The notes under the pieces are model-generated. The model was not told the DNA's origin. It saw nothing but the letters and a program-made list of their open reading frames with translations, and did no database searches. A stretch of DNA of 64,000 nt from Akkermansiaceae bacterium. GTDB taxonomy: Bacteria > Verrucomicrobiota > Verrucomicrobiia > Verrucomicrobiales > Akkermansiaceae. The stretch lies in contig JAFLSS010000003.1 in the NCBI GenBank assembly GCA_022510805.1, forward strand, positions 1,323 to 65,322, written 5' to 3'. Position numbers and translations under genes: made by a program. This document shows, in pieces, positions 1 to 11,250 of this stretch. The first letter of the stretch is position 1, and every line of letters begins with the position of its first letter.

Positions 1-1674
1 TATTATAAGCGATCGAATCACCCATCGAAAGCCGACTTCATGTGTACGCTTAATCATGCTGCTGAGATATACGCTTCCTTTTTCGCTGCCGAGCCGGGCT
101 ATTCTCCGCGTATACAACATCTCCTGCGGGGGGTGCGAGAGCTAGATCAAACCACGATATATCCTTTCTTATACCTCATATTCAATGATTATCACAATAA
201 AATTATTACAGAGCAAGTTTTAGAGGAAACCCTCCGATTACTGCTCACCTACCTTGTCCGGCGTATTGTATGCGGAGTGCCCTCAAACTCCCTCAAATCC
301 TTGTTCTGCGGGCTCTATGACCGCGTTTTCCGAGTAGAAGCGAATAAAAAACGCTACTGCGACGCTATCAATAAGTTTCTCTTCACACTCTCCAGCAGAG
401 ACAAATTCCCGTCCGAAGAGGATTTCTTATCTCAGCTCGAAAAGGTGGATCTATACAGCAATCCGCGTCTTTGCCGCCTCATTCTCATTGAGTTGGAAAA
501 TGGTAACAGCAAAGAGCATGTGCGTATGGACAACATGACTATTGAGCACATCATGCCTCAGAAGCTCAATGCTGAGTGGGTGCATATCTCGCCCGAGGAG
601 CATAATACCTACCTGCACACTTTGGGGAATCTCACCCTTACGGCAATGAATACCGAGTTATCTAACAATTCATTCGAAAAAAAGAAGGGTATTTTTCGTG
701 AATCGAAGGCAAGGCTGTTAAATCGAGATGTGATCGATAAACAGACGTGGAATATTATCGACATTCAACAGCGCGCCCAAAGACTTGCGCGACTCGTTTG
801 CAAACGGTTCCCCGCACACGCTGTTAATGATCCAACCATTGAATTTGAGACCGCGGGTATCCTCACTCTTGAGACACCGGAGCTTGCCACTGGCTCAAAA
901 ATTCTGTCCTACATATATCGGGGAGAAGAACACACATGCCCCAACTACTACACCCTTATCCGCGAACTTATACTTATCCTTGATCGAGAACGGCCCGAAA
1001 TGCTCCACGAAATGGTGCGTAGATCTCGCGATAAAAGCTCTAAAGGATTTAAAGTTAATTACGAATACGGCGCAGAAAACATGAGACACCCAATAGCGCT
1101 GAGAGATAATATATGTGTTGATATTCACGGTTCCTCTGCCACAGTTCTCCGCAAAATCCGCTATCTATTTGCTCAATATGGTATTGACACAAAACTCCTC
1201 ACCATTCGTATCAAGCAAACAAACCAAGAAAAATCAGATAAGGGACAGACTCTGACCCCTACTCGAGAATTTCAGATAAACTTCTGGAGAGCATCTTATA
1301 CATCTGCTCAGAAAGATAAAGATTTTACAAACAGGTTTACACACGAACTTCCGGCAGCTCATCATTGGAGTGTAGTAAAAATTGGCATTCCGAAATGCCA
1401 TCTTGCGTTTCTCATCTATCCTGCAAAAAACTGTGTCGGCTGTGAATTTTATATCATAGGGAAGAAAGACTTATTCTATGCTCTGAAAAATAAGTGCGAT
1501 CAACTTGAGCGTGAAATTGGAGAGAAACTCCACTGGTATGAAGGAAAAAGGGATGGACGCATAGTTGCTTACCTTGATGGGGATGTCAGCAACCCTAGTG
1601 AGTGGGAAAAGTGGTTTACTTGGATGCGTTTAACTGCTATACGTTTTTACGAAGTATTCAAGTCATATATTTGA
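1..1674 (+). CDS. GmrSD-like DUF262/DUF1524 nuclease-family protein with a C-terminal DUF4268-like region; 5' end lies outside the window
   Basis: Frame 1 is open from nt 1, and the listed ORF 40..1674 is only the first in-frame Met. The His-Me/DUF1524-like segment reads IEHIMPQK...HTLGNLTL. The C-terminal about 150 aa (FWRASYTS...HLAFLIYPAKNCVGCEFYI...) resembles DUF4268. GC is much lower than the rest of the window. Confidence 0.6.
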   Translation, partial: YYKRSNHPSKADFMCTLNHAAEIYASFFAAEPGYSPRIQHLLRGVRELDQTTIYPFLYLIFNDYHNKIITEQVLEETLRLLLTYLVRRIVCGVPSNSLKSLFCGLYDRVFRVEANKKRYCDAINKFLFTLSSRDKFPSEEDFLSQLEKVDLYSNPRLCRLILIELENGNSKEHVRMDNMTIEHIMPQKLNAEWVHISPEEHNTYLHTLGNLTLTAMNTELSNNSFEKKKGIFRESKARLLNRDVIDKQTWNIIDIQQRAQRLARLVCKRFPAHAVNDPTIEFETAGILTLETPELATGSKILSYIYRGEEHTCPNYYTLIRELILILDRERPEMLHEMVRRSRDKSSKGFKVNYEYGAENMRHPIALRDNICVDIHGSSATVLRKIRYLFAQYGIDTKLLTIRIKQTNQEKSDKGQTLTPTREFQINFWRASYTSAQKDKDFTNRFTHELPAAHHWSVVKIGIPKCHLAFLIYPAKNCVGCEFYIIGKKDLFYALKNKCDQLEREIGEKLHWYEGKRDGRIVAYLDGDVSNPSEWEKWFTWMRLTAIRFYEVFKSYI

Positions 1675-1786
1675 ATATAGCAGAACTCATCCCATCCCCA
1701 GAGGCATCCAAAGAGGAGTTTCCATTGAGTCATCGCAGGCACCTTTCCCTGAGCGAAACAAAATGCGTCGAACGCAGCAAAAAAAT

Positions 1787-1820
1787 ATGCAGAAGGTGTC
1801 CCCTTTTGCATTTATACTTT
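1787..1820 (+). terminator. Hairpin plus T-rich tail downstream of the GmrSD-like gene
   Basis: ATGCAGAAGG (1787-1796) pairs with CCTTTTGCAT (1802-1811) at 9 of 10 positions. A TTATACTTT tail follows. Confidence 0.4.
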
Positions 1821-2041
1821 CGCAATGAATCCAAAATCAGGCAGGATACACTGCAATGCTGCCGATGCCGCACGCGCATTTTTTGAGAGCGCTTTTTTAT
1901 CAACTGCATGAGAAAGGAGTCACGCGCACCGCGTTTTGTGCGATGGCGTTTAGGGGTGGGGGTGGTTGTTTGTTCTCGCGTTGGGTGGGGAATGGGTGTA
2001 TGCTGCCGGGGGGGGTGATGTTGTTTTTCCCTATTGAGCGT

Positions 2042-2737
2042 ATGAAACGGAGTTGTGTATGGCAAGAGTTTTTCGATGGGCTGCAGCAAGCCGGGGTTGA
2101 GGAGTTGCGGGGGGTGTTGGTGTCTCTGGCGGAGCCGGGGTATCGTGCGTTTGCGGCGCGGCTTCTTCCCGGGGTGCAGCGTTTGCTGGGGGTGCGGATT
2201 CCTGTGCTCAGGGAGTTGGCGCGGTGTTTGGCGCGGGCGGGGTGGCTGCGTTTGGAGACGCCGCCGGATGCGTATGTGGAGGAGGTGATGCTGCGTGGGT
2301 TTTTGATTGGGTATGCCGGGTGTGAGGTGGGGCTGGGGCGGCGTTTGGAGGAGTTGGAGGCTTTTGTGCCGCTGGTGGATAATTGGTCTGTTTGTGATTC
2401 ATGCTGTGCGTCGCTGCGTTTTGTGCGTGACTGCCGCGCGGAGGTGTGGGATTGGGTGCTGCCTTATGTGTTTTCGGGGTGTGAGTTTGAGGCGCGTTTT
2501 GGTGTGGTGCTGCTGCTGGATCATTTTTTGCAGGAGGAGGTGTGGGCGGCGCGGGTGGCGGAGGTGCTGCCGCAGGTGCCGGCACGCGGGTTTTATGCGG
2601 AGATGGCGCTGGCTTGGTGTGCGTGTGAGCTGTGTTTGCTTTATCCGGCCGGGGCTGAGGGGCTTTTGGCAGCGCTGCGCCCGAGTGTGCAGCGGCTGGC
2701 GCGGCGCAAGCTGCGCGAGTCACGCCGGTGGAGGTGA
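2042..2737 (+). CDS. DNA alkylation repair protein (AlkD-like HEAT-repeat family)
   Basis: The ORF is 1856..2737. I chose the ATG at 2042 (MKRSCVWQEFF...). Sequence such as YRAFAARLLPG...LGVRIPVLRELAR...VDNWSVCDSCC... is typical of the DNA_alkylation family. Confidence 0.6.
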   Translation: MKRSCVWQEFFDGLQQAGVEELRGVLVSLAEPGYRAFAARLLPGVQRLLGVRIPVLRELARCLARAGWLRLETPPDAYVEEVMLRGFLIGYAGCEVGLGRRLEELEAFVPLVDNWSVCDSCCASLRFVRDCRAEVWDWVLPYVFSGCEFEARFGVVLLLDHFLQEEVWAARVAEVLPQVPARGFYAEMALAWCACELCLLYPAGAEGLLAALRPSVQRLARRKLRESRRWR

Positions 2738-2771
2738 GGCCGGGTGTGGGGGCGGGGTGGCCGGGTGTTGT

Positions 2772-3554
2772 TTATTTTCCCGGGGCGTAGGTGCGGCAGC
2801 GGTTGAGCCAGCCGGGGAGCCACTTTTTTTCGCCGCGCTCGGGCGGTGAGTTGCGCACGCGGCGCTGCATGACGCTGGCGGCGGCGCGGGAGAATTCGGC
2901 TGCGGCGGCGGGGCCGGGTGCGGGGGTGCCGCGCATTTCTTCGAGGACTTGCAGGAGTCCCCAGCCTTGGCCGCGGTAGCGCTCGGTGGTTTTGGTGCCT
3001 TCGCCTTTGAAGTTGACGTAGTCGATGAGGCAGTAGAGGCCTTGGGGGGTGCGGGCGAGCGCTTCATACCAGGCGCGCACGGTGTCCGGGCGTTGGGAGG
3101 CGCGCATCATGCGGGGGAGGGCGGCGCGGGAGCGCTCTGCCAGGTATTGTGTTTGGAGTTCGACATGGGCGGCGAGCCAGCGGCGCATTTGGTCGGCTCT
3201 GCCGGAGTGATCTGCCAGGAAGGCGGCGCGGGTGGCCCAGGGGGCGGGGCCGCGAAAGAAGGCGGGGATGGCGGCGCCGCGCCGGGCGGCGTAGGCGATG
3301 AATTGGGGGAAGCTTTCGTCGAAGGGTTCGCGGCAGCCCGCGGGGAACCAGATGAAGTGGCCGATGCCGAGTGAGGGGAATTTTTCTCCGGCGTTCCATG
3401 AGACGAGGCCTTGTGTGCTGCCGGCGCATTCGTTGACCCAGACGCGGCGGCCGATTTCTTTCAGGGCGGAGTTGTCCGCAGCCGAGGCGGCGCTGAGGCT
3501 GCAGATTCCTATACAGAGGAGCCAAAAGAAGCGGAACATGCTGTAGTCTACCAT
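2772..3554 (-). CDS. Secreted hypothetical protein
   Basis: 260-aa ORF with an N-terminal signal-like segment ([20 protein letters not shown]). No family recognised. The start may be the Met at 3539. Confidence 0.6.
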   Translation of the reverse strand: MVDYSMFRFFWLLCIGICSLSAASAADNSALKEIGRRVWVNECAGSTQGLVSWNAGEKFPSLGIGHFIWFPAGCREPFDESFPQFIAYAARRGAAIPAFFRGPAPWATRAAFLADHSGRADQMRRWLAAHVELQTQYLAERSRAALPRMMRASQRPDTVRAWYEALARTPQGLYCLIDYVNFKGEGTKTTERYRGQGWGLLQVLEEMRGTPAPGPAAAAEFSRAAASVMQRRVRNSPPERGEKKWLPGWLNRCRTYAPGK

Positions 3555-3630
3555 GAATTCACCCCTTTTGGCAATGCCAAAGGCCTTTGGGCTTTACAAA
3601 AGGTGTGAGAGTGGTATACTGTGTGCGCGC

Positions 3631-5652
3631 ATGAAGGTGGACATATTACAACGGGCGGCCAATGAGGCTCGAGGTTTAGCTATTGATGCCATTTTTGACA
3701 AGTCTTCCGGGCACATGGGGTTGCCCTTGGGCTGTGCAGAGATCGGCGCAGTATTGTATGGCAAATTGTTGAAAATTAATCCCGATAAGCCGCGCTGGCT
3801 GAACCGCGACAGGTTTATTCTCTCCGGCGGGCACGGGTCTATGTTCCTTTATTCCTGGCTGCATCTGAGTGGCTTTGAGGTGAGCATGGAGGATATTAAG
3901 GCTTTCCGCTCGAAGGGGTCGCGCACGCCCGGGCACCCGGAGTTCGGCTGCTGCCCCGGGGTGGAGTGTACGACGGGGCCTCTGGGGCAGGGTATTGCGA
4001 ATGCGGTGGGTTTTGCCATCTCGGCCAAGCATGCGGCGGCGCGTTTTAATACGCCGGAGTTTGAGATTTTTGACCAGACGATATATTGTTTGGCGGGTGA
4101 TGGGTGTATCCAAGAGGGTATTTCGCGTGAGGCGGCGGCGATTGCCGGCACGCTGAAGTTGGATAATTTGGTGTTGATTTATGATGCCAATGGGATTACG
4201 CTGGATGCGCCGGTGGAGGTGACGCAGGTGGATGATGTGGCGGCTTGTTTCCGCGCTCACGGCTGGGATGCGGTGAGCATCGACGGCCATGATCTGCAGC
4301 AGGTTGAGGCGGCGCTGCGCACGGCGCGGCTGGAGAAGAACGGGCGCCCGAAGCTGATTATTGCGCGCACGCAGATTGCCAAGGGTGTGCCCGGTTTTGA
4401 GGGCACGACGAAGGGGCATGGCGAGGGTGGCGCTAAGGCTTGGGAGCTGGCGCATGCGAATTGGGGGCTGCCGGCCGGGGAGCGCTATTATGTGTCCTCG
4501 GAGGTGCGGGCCTACATGGCTGAGCTCAAGGCGGAGCGCCAAGCGGCGTATGCTGAGTGGGAGCAGTTGTATGAGGCGTGGCGCAGCGCGTGCCCGGATA
4601 AGGCGGCTGAGCTGGATGCGGGTGTGAGCCTTGCCTCGTGTGGCTTGGCGCCGGAGGTGAGTGGTGCGATGATTCCTGAATTTGCTGCCGGCACGAAGAC
4701 GGCGACTCGCTCATCCGGCGCGGTGGCGGAGAATGCGCTGGCGGCTCACTGCCCTGCCCTGCTCTCCACGAGTGCGGATCTTTTCTCGTCCAATAAGAAT
4801 TACCTCAATGGCGCGGGAGATTTTTCCGCGGAGAATTATGCGGGCCGTAATTTCTGGTTTGGGATTCGCGAGCATGCGATGGCGGCTATCTGCAACGGCA
4901 TGGCCTATGATGGTTTGTTCCGCGTGTCGGCCGGTACGTTCTGCGTGTTTGTGGATTACATGCGCGCGGCGATCCGCGTGGCGGCGCTGGCGCAGCTTCC
5001 GGTGACATATGTGCTCACGCATGATTCTGTGGCGGTGGGTGAGGATGGGCCGACGCATCAACCGGTTGAGACGGTGACGGGGCTGCGCGTGATTCCGAAT
5101 TTGGATGTGGTGCGCCCGGCGGATGAGGAGGAGGCTGCCGGTGCTTGGATGTGCGCGATGGAGCGTGCGGATGGGCCGACGGCGCTTATCTTTACGCGCC
5201 AGAATATCCCGAGTCTCACCTCGGCGGCGCCGGAGTTGAGCGCGGAGACGCGGCGCCGGGGCACGCTGCGCGGTGCTTACATTGCCCGCCATGAGAGCAC
5301 GGCGGCGCCGGAGCTCATCATCATAGCGGCCGGCTCGGAGGTGGTGCTTGCTCTGCAGGCGGCGCGCGAGCTCGGGGATGGGGTGCGCGTGGTCTCCATG
5401 CCCTCGATGTGGCGCTTCAACAAGCAGACGCCTGAGTATCAAGAGAGTGTGCTGCCGGCAACCTGTGCGCGCCGCTTGGTGGTGGAAGCAGGGAAGTCGG
5501 ATTTGTGGTATCGCTACGTCGGCCCGCAGGGCTGCATCATCGGCATAGATGATTTCGGCTTCTCGGCACCGGGGGATTGCGTGCTGCATGATCTGGGCAT
5601 GAATGTGCCCAACATCGTGGCGCACGGGCAGGAGCTGCTCCGCCGCGGCTGA
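3631..5652 (+). CDS. tkt: Transketolase
   Basis: The ORF is 3553..5652, with an ATG at 3631 ([21 protein letters not shown]). A ThDP motif ([13 protein letters not shown]) and full-length similarity to Tkt support the call. Confidence 0.9.
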   Translation: MKVDILQRAANEARGLAIDAIFDKSSGHMGLPLGCAEIGAVLYGKLLKINPDKPRWLNRDRFILSGGHGSMFLYSWLHLSGFEVSMEDIKAFRSKGSRTPGHPEFGCCPGVECTTGPLGQGIANAVGFAISAKHAAARFNTPEFEIFDQTIYCLAGDGCIQEGISREAAAIAGTLKLDNLVLIYDANGITLDAPVEVTQVDDVAACFRAHGWDAVSIDGHDLQQVEAALRTARLEKNGRPKLIIARTQIAKGVPGFEGTTKGHGEGGAKAWELAHANWGLPAGERYYVSSEVRAYMAELKAERQAAYAEWEQLYEAWRSACPDKAAELDAGVSLASCGLAPEVSGAMIPEFAAGTKTATRSSGAVAENALAAHCPALLSTSADLFSSNKNYLNGAGDFSAENYAGRNFWFGIREHAMAAICNGMAYDGLFRVSAGTFCVFVDYMRAAIRVAALAQLPVTYVLTHDSVAVGEDGPTHQPVETVTGLRVIPNLDVVRPADEEEAAGAWMCAMERADGPTALIFTRQNIPSLTSAAPELSAETRRRGTLRGAYIARHESTAAPELIIIAAGSEVVLALQAARELGDGVRVVSMPSMWRFNKQTPEYQESVLPATCARRLVVEAGKSDLWYRYVGPQGCIIGIDDFGFSAPGDCVLHDLGMNVPNIVAHGQELLRRG

Positions 5653-5725
5653 GTGCATTTCTTCCCGCTTGACACTATGTGAGTCAGGGCGTACAATCAA
5701 CTTGCGTCTTCCCATTTCTGAAAAT

Positions 5726-6925
5726 ATGTACAACCAAGAATTCAAGAATCGCATCGTGGCAGACTTGGAAAGCCTGAAGTCTGCCGGTCTCTACAAGCAG
5801 GAGCGTTATATCGCGACCCCTCAGTTCTCTGAAGTGGGCTTGCGGGATGGCAGCAAGGTCATCAACATGTGCGCGAACAATTACTTGGGGCTGGCGAATC
5901 ACCCCGAGCTTGAGAAAGCGGCGAAGGAGGCTATTGACCGCTGGGGCTTCGGCATGGCTTCGGTGCGTTTTATCTGCGGCACGCAGACGCTGCACCAGGA
6001 GCTGGAGGAGCGCCTGAGCGCATTCCTCGGCACGGAGGATACGATTTTGTTCGGCTCGTGCTTTGATGCAAATGGCGGCTTGTTCGGCGCGCTGCTCGAC
6101 AAGGAGGACGCCATCATCTCCGATGCGCTGAATCATGCATCTATCATTGATGGTGTGCGCCTTTGCAAGGCTGCGCGCTACCGCTACGCTAACAATGACA
6201 TGGCGGATCTGGAGGCCAAGCTGCAGGAGGCCAAGGCGGCGGGCGCCCGCACGATTATGATTTCTACGGATGGTGTGTTCTCGATGGATGGCATCATCGC
6301 CAGTCTTGATAAGATTCACGAGCTGGCAGAGAAGTACGGCGCGATTGTGCACTTTGATGAGTCGCACGCCACGGGTGTGCTGGGCAAGCGCGGCCGCGGC
6401 ACGCATGAGCACTGCGGCTTGTTCGGCAAGGTGGATATCACCACCGGCACATTCGGCAAGGCGCTGGGAGGCGCCTCGGGCGGCTATATCTCGGCGAGCA
6501 AGGAGATTGTCGACATCCTGCGCCAGAAAGCGCGTCCCTACCTGTTCTCCAACAGTGTGATGCCGGCCATCGCGGCCACCACCATCAAGGTGCTTGACAT
6601 GCTGGAGGCCTCGACAGAGCTCACGGAGCGCGTGCAGCACAATGCCGCCTACTTCCGCAAGGGGATGGAGCAGTGTGGCTTCACACTCGCGGGGGCGGGG
6701 CACGCCATCGTGCCGGTGATGATCGGCGATGCGGCGCTTTCGCAGCGCATGAGCAACAGGCTGCTGGAGCTGGGAGTGTATGCCATGGGCTTCTTCTACC
6801 CTGTGGTGCCCAAGGAGCAGGCGCGCATCCGCACGCAGCTTTCTGCCGCTCATACCGAAGAGCAGCTCGACCGCGCCATAGCCGCCTTTGCGCAGGCCGG
6901 CCGCGAGCTTGGCATCATTCGCTAA
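5726..6925 (+). CDS. kbl: Glycine C-acetyltransferase (2-amino-3-ketobutyrate CoA ligase)
   Basis: ATG at 5726 ([29 protein letters not shown]). Class-II aminotransferase fold with the PLP-lysine context [14 protein letters not shown]. Confidence 0.9.
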   Translation: MYNQEFKNRIVADLESLKSAGLYKQERYIATPQFSEVGLRDGSKVINMCANNYLGLANHPELEKAAKEAIDRWGFGMASVRFICGTQTLHQELEERLSAFLGTEDTILFGSCFDANGGLFGALLDKEDAIISDALNHASIIDGVRLCKAARYRYANNDMADLEAKLQEAKAAGARTIMISTDGVFSMDGIIASLDKIHELAEKYGAIVHFDESHATGVLGKRGRGTHEHCGLFGKVDITTGTFGKALGGASGGYISASKEIVDILRQKARPYLFSNSVMPAIAATTIKVLDMLEASTELTERVQHNAAYFRKGMEQCGFTLAGAGHAIVPVMIGDAALSQRMSNRLLELGVYAMGFFYPVVPKEQARIRTQLSAAHTEEQLDRAIAAFAQAGRELGIIR

Positions 6926-6941
6926 ATCGGGGGAGCCGCGC

Positions 6942-8306
6942 GTGTATACGAGTCTCTATGAGGTTTTTTCCATCGGCATAGGCCCCTCCAGTTCGCACAC
7001 GATGGGGCCTATGCGGGCGGCTGCTCGCTTTGTGCAGAACCTGCAGCAGCAGGGGCTGGCCAAGCGGGTGCAGCGGGTGGTGGTGCGGCTGTATGGATCC
7101 CTCGCCCTCACGGGTGAGGGGCACGGCACGCCGGCCGCCATCGCCTATGGGCTCATGGGGCTGGATGCGGAGACGCTGCGCGCGTCGGACCTGCACATCG
7201 GCACAGTGCTTCCGCTGGGGGGGAGCCTGCCGATTGCTTTTTCGCTGGCAGACCACATCGTCCTGGATCGCGAGACCACGCTGCCGGAGCATCCGAATGG
7301 CATGAGATTCAGCGCCATGGATGCGACCGGGGCCAGCCTGCTGGATGAGGTGTATTTCTCGATAGGCGGGGGCGCCATCCGCCGCCAAGATGAGATAGGC
7401 CGCCCGCCGGCAGAGCCGCCGCACGTGCCGTATGAGTTCGGCTCGTGCCGCGAGTTGATGCGGCTGTGCGAGCGCGAGGGGCTCAGCATAGCGGAGCTGA
7501 CGCGGCTCAATGAGTATTCCCTGCGCTCGCCGGAGGAGGTGACAAAGCGTGTACGCCTCATTTGCAACACCATGCAAGAGGCGGTTGACCGCGGCATCTC
7601 CACGAATGGCCTGCTGCCCGGCGAGCTGCGGATGAACCGCCGCGCCCCCCTGATCTACGCGCGCTTGGAGGAGCGCTTCCGCCGCAATGAGACGGATGCG
7701 CTCACCATCATTGACTGGATTAACCTGTGGGCATTTGCCGTGGCGGAGGAGAATGCGGGCGGTGGCCGGGTGGTGACAGCGCCGACCATGGGGTCTGCGG
7801 GGATACTGCCGGCGGTGCTGCGCTATTATTGCCGCTATGGCTGCAAGGAGTCGCCCTACTCGGTGGAGCAGGGCATGGAGATCATGCTGCTCACGGCCTC
7901 GGCCATCTGCAGCCTTTACCGCGCCAATGCGTCCATCTCCGGCGCGGAGGTGGGCTGCCAGGGAGAGGTGGGGGTGGCGTGTTCCATGGCGGCGGCGGGG
8001 CTCACGGCGGCGATGGGCGGCACGAATGCCCAGGTGGAGAATGCGGCCGAGATCGCCATGGAGCACAACCTCGGCCTCACGTGTGATCCGGTGTGCGGGC
8101 TGGTGCAGGTGCCTTGTATTGAGCGCAATGCCATCGGCGCTGTGAAGGCGGTGAATGCCGCCCGCTTGGCGATGCGCGGAGATGGCTCACACTATGTGAG
8201 TTTGGATAGTGTGATTGCGACTATGGATGAGACGGGGCGCCACCTCTCGCCGGCGTACCGCGAGACCTCACTGGCCGGGCTGGCGAAAAATGCGCTCACC
8301 TGCTGA
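6942..8306 (+). CDS. sdaA: L-serine ammonia-lyase (iron-sulfur dependent, single chain)
   Basis: An in-frame GTG at 6942 gives [23 protein letters not shown], the canonical SdaA N-terminus. The Cys-rich C-terminal domain is present. Confidence 0.85.
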   Translation: MYTSLYEVFSIGIGPSSSHTMGPMRAAARFVQNLQQQGLAKRVQRVVVRLYGSLALTGEGHGTPAAIAYGLMGLDAETLRASDLHIGTVLPLGGSLPIAFSLADHIVLDRETTLPEHPNGMRFSAMDATGASLLDEVYFSIGGGAIRRQDEIGRPPAEPPHVPYEFGSCRELMRLCEREGLSIAELTRLNEYSLRSPEEVTKRVRLICNTMQEAVDRGISTNGLLPGELRMNRRAPLIYARLEERFRRNETDALTIIDWINLWAFAVAEENAGGGRVVTAPTMGSAGILPAVLRYYCRYGCKESPYSVEQGMEIMLLTASAICSLYRANASISGAEVGCQGEVGVACSMAAAGLTAAMGGTNAQVENAAEIAMEHNLGLTCDPVCGLVQVPCIERNAIGAVKAVNAARLAMRGDGSHYVSLDSVIATMDETGRHLSPAYRETSLAGLAKNALTC

Positions 8307-8380
8307 TGGGGTGAGCGGCGGGCTGACTGTTTGCTAACAGTCGTGGAAAAGCGGCGCTGATTGCGCGAGAATAGCGGGGT

Positions 8381-8893
8381 ATGAATCCCGAAATCGCTGA
8401 AGCTCTCCACGAGCAAATCCACAAAGAGTTCACCGCCGCCTTCCTTTACTTGTCCTTCTCGGTGCAGATGCGAGAATACGGCTTGCGCGGGGCGGGCAAA
8501 TGGCTGCGTGTGCAGTACCGCGAGGAATGCGGCCACGCTTTGCGCCTGCTGGACTACCTCGACCGGCGGCGAGTCCCGGCACATGTTCCCCGCATTGACA
8601 CCCCGGACTACACGTGGGAAACGCCGCTGGATGTGTTCCGGCTCGCCCTTGAGCACGAGCAGCAGATCACGCAGTCCATCCACACCCTCGCCAGCCTCTG
8701 CTACCGCGAGCAGGACTACGCCACCCTCGCGGAGCTCACGGACTACATCACAGAGCAGGTGGAGGAGGAGAACCAGGTGGCGGATATTGTGGCGGCGCTC
8801 AAGCGCTGCGGAAATGATGCTTCGGCGCTCTTTCAGCTCGACCTGCGGCTCGAAAATGCACGCGATGCGGGCGAAAAAGTGTGGGCGCAATAA
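8381..8893 (+). CDS. ftn: Non-heme ferritin
   Basis: 170 aa. Ferroxidase-centre pattern EF.AA..YL...., REE..HA..L..Y, and QVEEE. Confidence 0.85.
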   Translation: MNPEIAEALHEQIHKEFTAAFLYLSFSVQMREYGLRGAGKWLRVQYREECGHALRLLDYLDRRRVPAHVPRIDTPDYTWETPLDVFRLALEHEQQITQSIHTLASLCYREQDYATLAELTDYITEQVEEENQVADIVAALKRCGNDASALFQLDLRLENARDAGEKVWAQ

Positions 8894-8923
8894 GAAAAAA
8901 CGCCCCGCTGCCCCAATATGCCC

Positions 8924-8951
8924 TTGCATGTGGGCGCAGAAGCATTATAAT
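8924..8951 (+). promoter_or_regulatory. Sigma70-like promoter for the malic enzyme gene
   Basis: TTGCAT (8924-8929), N16, TATAAT (8946-8951), lying 18 nt upstream of the ATG at 8969. The -10 hexamer sits inside the palindrome GCATTATAATGC. Confidence 0.4.
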
Positions 8952-8968
8952 GCAGAGCTTCTGAACTT

Positions 8969-10285
8969 ATGAAAAACACACTGTCGGAACAAGCGCTCAA
9001 CTACCACGAGCAACCGCGCCCGGGCAAGCTGGAAGTGCTGCCCTGCAAATCATGCTTCACCATCGACGACCTCACCCTGGCCTACTCACCGGGAGTGGCT
9101 GAGCCCTGCCGCGCCATTGCGGCTGATCCTGCGGCCGCCGCCCGCTACACCGGCCGCAGCAATCTGGTGGGAGTCATCAGCAATGGCTCCGCCGTGCTGG
9201 GGCTGGGCAATATCGGCGCCGCGGCCTCCAAGCCTGTGATGGAGGGTAAGGGCCTGCTCTTCAAGATTTATGCAGATGTGGATGTCTTTGACATCGAGCT
9301 GGATATCTCCAAACCTGAGACCCTCATCGAGGTCATCAAAACCATGGAGCCCACGTTCGGCGCCATCAATCTGGAGGACATCAAAGCGCCGGAGTGCTTC
9401 ATCGTGGAGCAGCGCCTGCGCGAGGAGATGAACATCCCCGTCTTCCATGATGACCAGCACGGCACGGCGGTCATCTCCGGCGCCGCGCTGCTGAACGCCG
9501 CGCACCTGACCGGCCGCCTGCTGCAGGACATGAAATGCGTGGTCTGCGGCGCGGGGGCGGCGGGGATTGCCTGCGCCAAGTTCTACATGGCGCTGGGTAT
9601 CCGCCGTGAGAATATCTATATGTTCGACTCCAAGGGGCTCATCCACACAGGGCGTTTGGACCTGCACCCCACCAAGGCCATGTTTGCCCAAAGTGAGGAC
9701 TGCACGCTGGAAGTCGCGCTGCAGGGGGCAGATATCTTCCTGGGCCTCTCACGCAAGGGGCTGCTCAAGCCGGAGATGCTGGCCAGCATGGCGCCCTCGC
9801 CCATCATCTTTGCCTGCGCGAATCCCGACCCGGAGATCACTTATGATGAGGCTAAGGCTGTGCGCCCGGACTGCATCATGGGCTCCGGCCGCAGTGACTG
9901 GCCGAACCAGGTGAACAACGTGAGCTGCTTCCCCTATATTTTCCGCGCTGCGCTGGATATGCAGGCGACCACGATCAACGAGGCGATGAAGATCGCGGCC
10001 TCGCGCGCGCTGGCGGATTTGGCTCGCCAGCCGGTGCCGCAGGAAGTGGTGGAGGCCAACGGAGGCGTGGCGCTGGAGTTCGGCTGTGATTATGTGATCC
10101 CCAAGCCTTTTGACCCGCGCATGATCAGCTACCTCTGCCCGGCCATCGCGCAGGCGGCGGTCATCTCCGGTGTCGCGCGCTGCCCCCTGCCGGACATGGA
10201 GGCCTACAAGGCTGAGCTTCAGGCGCGCGTGCGCAATGTGCGCGCCCGCACTCAAACGCTGGTCCACAGCTACCGCGAGGCCTGA
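8969..10285 (+). CDS. NAD(P)-dependent malic enzyme (short form, no PTA domain)
   Basis: 438 aa. [34 protein letters not shown] and the GAGAAGIA Rossmann motif. Confidence 0.85.
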   Translation: MKNTLSEQALNYHEQPRPGKLEVLPCKSCFTIDDLTLAYSPGVAEPCRAIAADPAAAARYTGRSNLVGVISNGSAVLGLGNIGAAASKPVMEGKGLLFKIYADVDVFDIELDISKPETLIEVIKTMEPTFGAINLEDIKAPECFIVEQRLREEMNIPVFHDDQHGTAVISGAALLNAAHLTGRLLQDMKCVVCGAGAAGIACAKFYMALGIRRENIYMFDSKGLIHTGRLDLHPTKAMFAQSEDCTLEVALQGADIFLGLSRKGLLKPEMLASMAPSPIIFACANPDPEITYDEAKAVRPDCIMGSGRSDWPNQVNNVSCFPYIFRAALDMQATTINEAMKIAASRALADLARQPVPQEVVEANGGVALEFGCDYVIPKPFDPRMISYLCPAIAQAAVISGVARCPLPDMEAYKAELQARVRNVRARTQTLVHSYREA

Positions 10286-10344
10286 TCTCCCTCCCCCCCT
10301 CACCACCCGGCGGCGCCCCCTCCGCACGCGCTGCCGGCACACAG

Positions 10345-10379
10345 CACACGCCCCGGCAGCGGCTCTGCCGGGGCGTGTG
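10345..10379. terminator. Bidirectional hairpin between the convergent malic enzyme and MBL hydrolase genes
   Basis: Perfect 15-bp stem: CACACGCCCCGGCAG (10345-10359) and CTGCCGGGGCGTGTG (10365-10379), with a 5-nt loop. Confidence 0.5.
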
Positions 10380-10408
10380 TTGTGCCAAGGGAGAGCTAGG
10401 GGGGGGGC

Positions 10409-11182
10409 TCAGAGCTGCAGCTCCAGGGAGTCATACGCCGGCTGCATGAAACCCGGCAGCGCCGCCGCCAGCGCCTCGTATTCTACGCCGTGGCCGCTGT
10501 GCGTGACCAAGCCCCGCGCCGGCGCCAGCTCGCGCATGAGCCGCACATTCTCCTCCACAGACAAGTGAGTGCGGTGCGGCGGGTAGCACAAGCCATCCAT
10601 CGCCAGCGCATCCAGGCCGCAGAGCAGCGGGCGCGACTCCGCCGGCAGTTCCTTGATATCCGGCACATAGCCAAAACTCCGCCCCTCGCAGCGGAAGACG
10701 TAGCCAAAGGTCTCCACCCCGGCGTGCAGCACCGGCACGGGCACCACCTCCACCCCGCCCACGCGGAAAGGGCGGCCGCCGTGGCAGCGCGCCTCCGGGC
10801 GCACATAGCCCTTGTAGCTGTTGGATTCATCAAACGCCCAGGCAAACATGCGGCGCAGGGCAGCCAAGCAGCCCTCCCCGGCATAGACAGGCAGGCGGGA
10901 CTCCCGGTGCCAGCAAAAGGCGCGCAGCTCATCAAAACCGGCTGTGTGGTCCAGGTGCTCATGCGTGTAGAGCACAGCATCCACGGCCGTGATCTCATGG
11001 CGGAGGGCTTGGAGGCGCAGATCCGGGCAGGAATCCACCAGCAGGCGCACCCCGCCGGCCTCCACCAGCACTGAGGAGCGCAAGCGCGTGTTGCGTGGAT
11101 TGGGAGACACACAAACCTCGCATTTGCAACCAATTACGGGCACACCGGTGGAGGTTCCGCTGCCGAGAAAAAGTATCTTCAT
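10409..11182 (-). CDS. MBL-fold metallo-hydrolase (PhnP-like)
   Basis: 257 aa. N-terminal GSGTSTGVP with a CxC..C cluster, and the HEHLDH metal motif. Confidence 0.75.
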   Translation of the reverse strand: MKILFLGSGTSTGVPVIGCKCEVCVSPNPRNTRLRSSVLVEAGGVRLLVDSCPDLRLQALRHEITAVDAVLYTHEHLDHTAGFDELRAFCWHRESRLPVYAGEGCLAALRRMFAWAFDESNSYKGYVRPEARCHGGRPFRVGGVEVVPVPVLHAGVETFGYVFRCEGRSFGYVPDIKELPAESRPLLCGLDALAMDGLCYPPHRTHLSVEENVRLMRELAPARGLVTHSGHGVEYEALAAALPGFMQPAYDSLELQL

Positions 11183-11250
11183 GCGCCGTTTAGGGGTTGA
11201 TTTCCGGCGGCATTATGCCATAATAGCGGCGCAACGAAAAGCGAAAAAAT

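Noticed and set aside
2208-3067. Pro/Ala/Thr-rich minus-strand ORFs (2208..2723 and 2720..3067).
   Set aside because: They are antisense to, or out of frame with, the AlkD-like gene and the secreted-protein gene. Low-complexity composition artefacts.
8307-8968. A dif (XerC/XerD) site at the positive-to-negative skew switch.
   Set aside because: Only small palindromes are present: GACTGTT-TGCT-AACAGTC at 8325-8342 and GCATTATAATGC at 8942-8953. The second is better explained as the malic-enzyme -10 region. Nothing resembles the 28-bp dif consensus.
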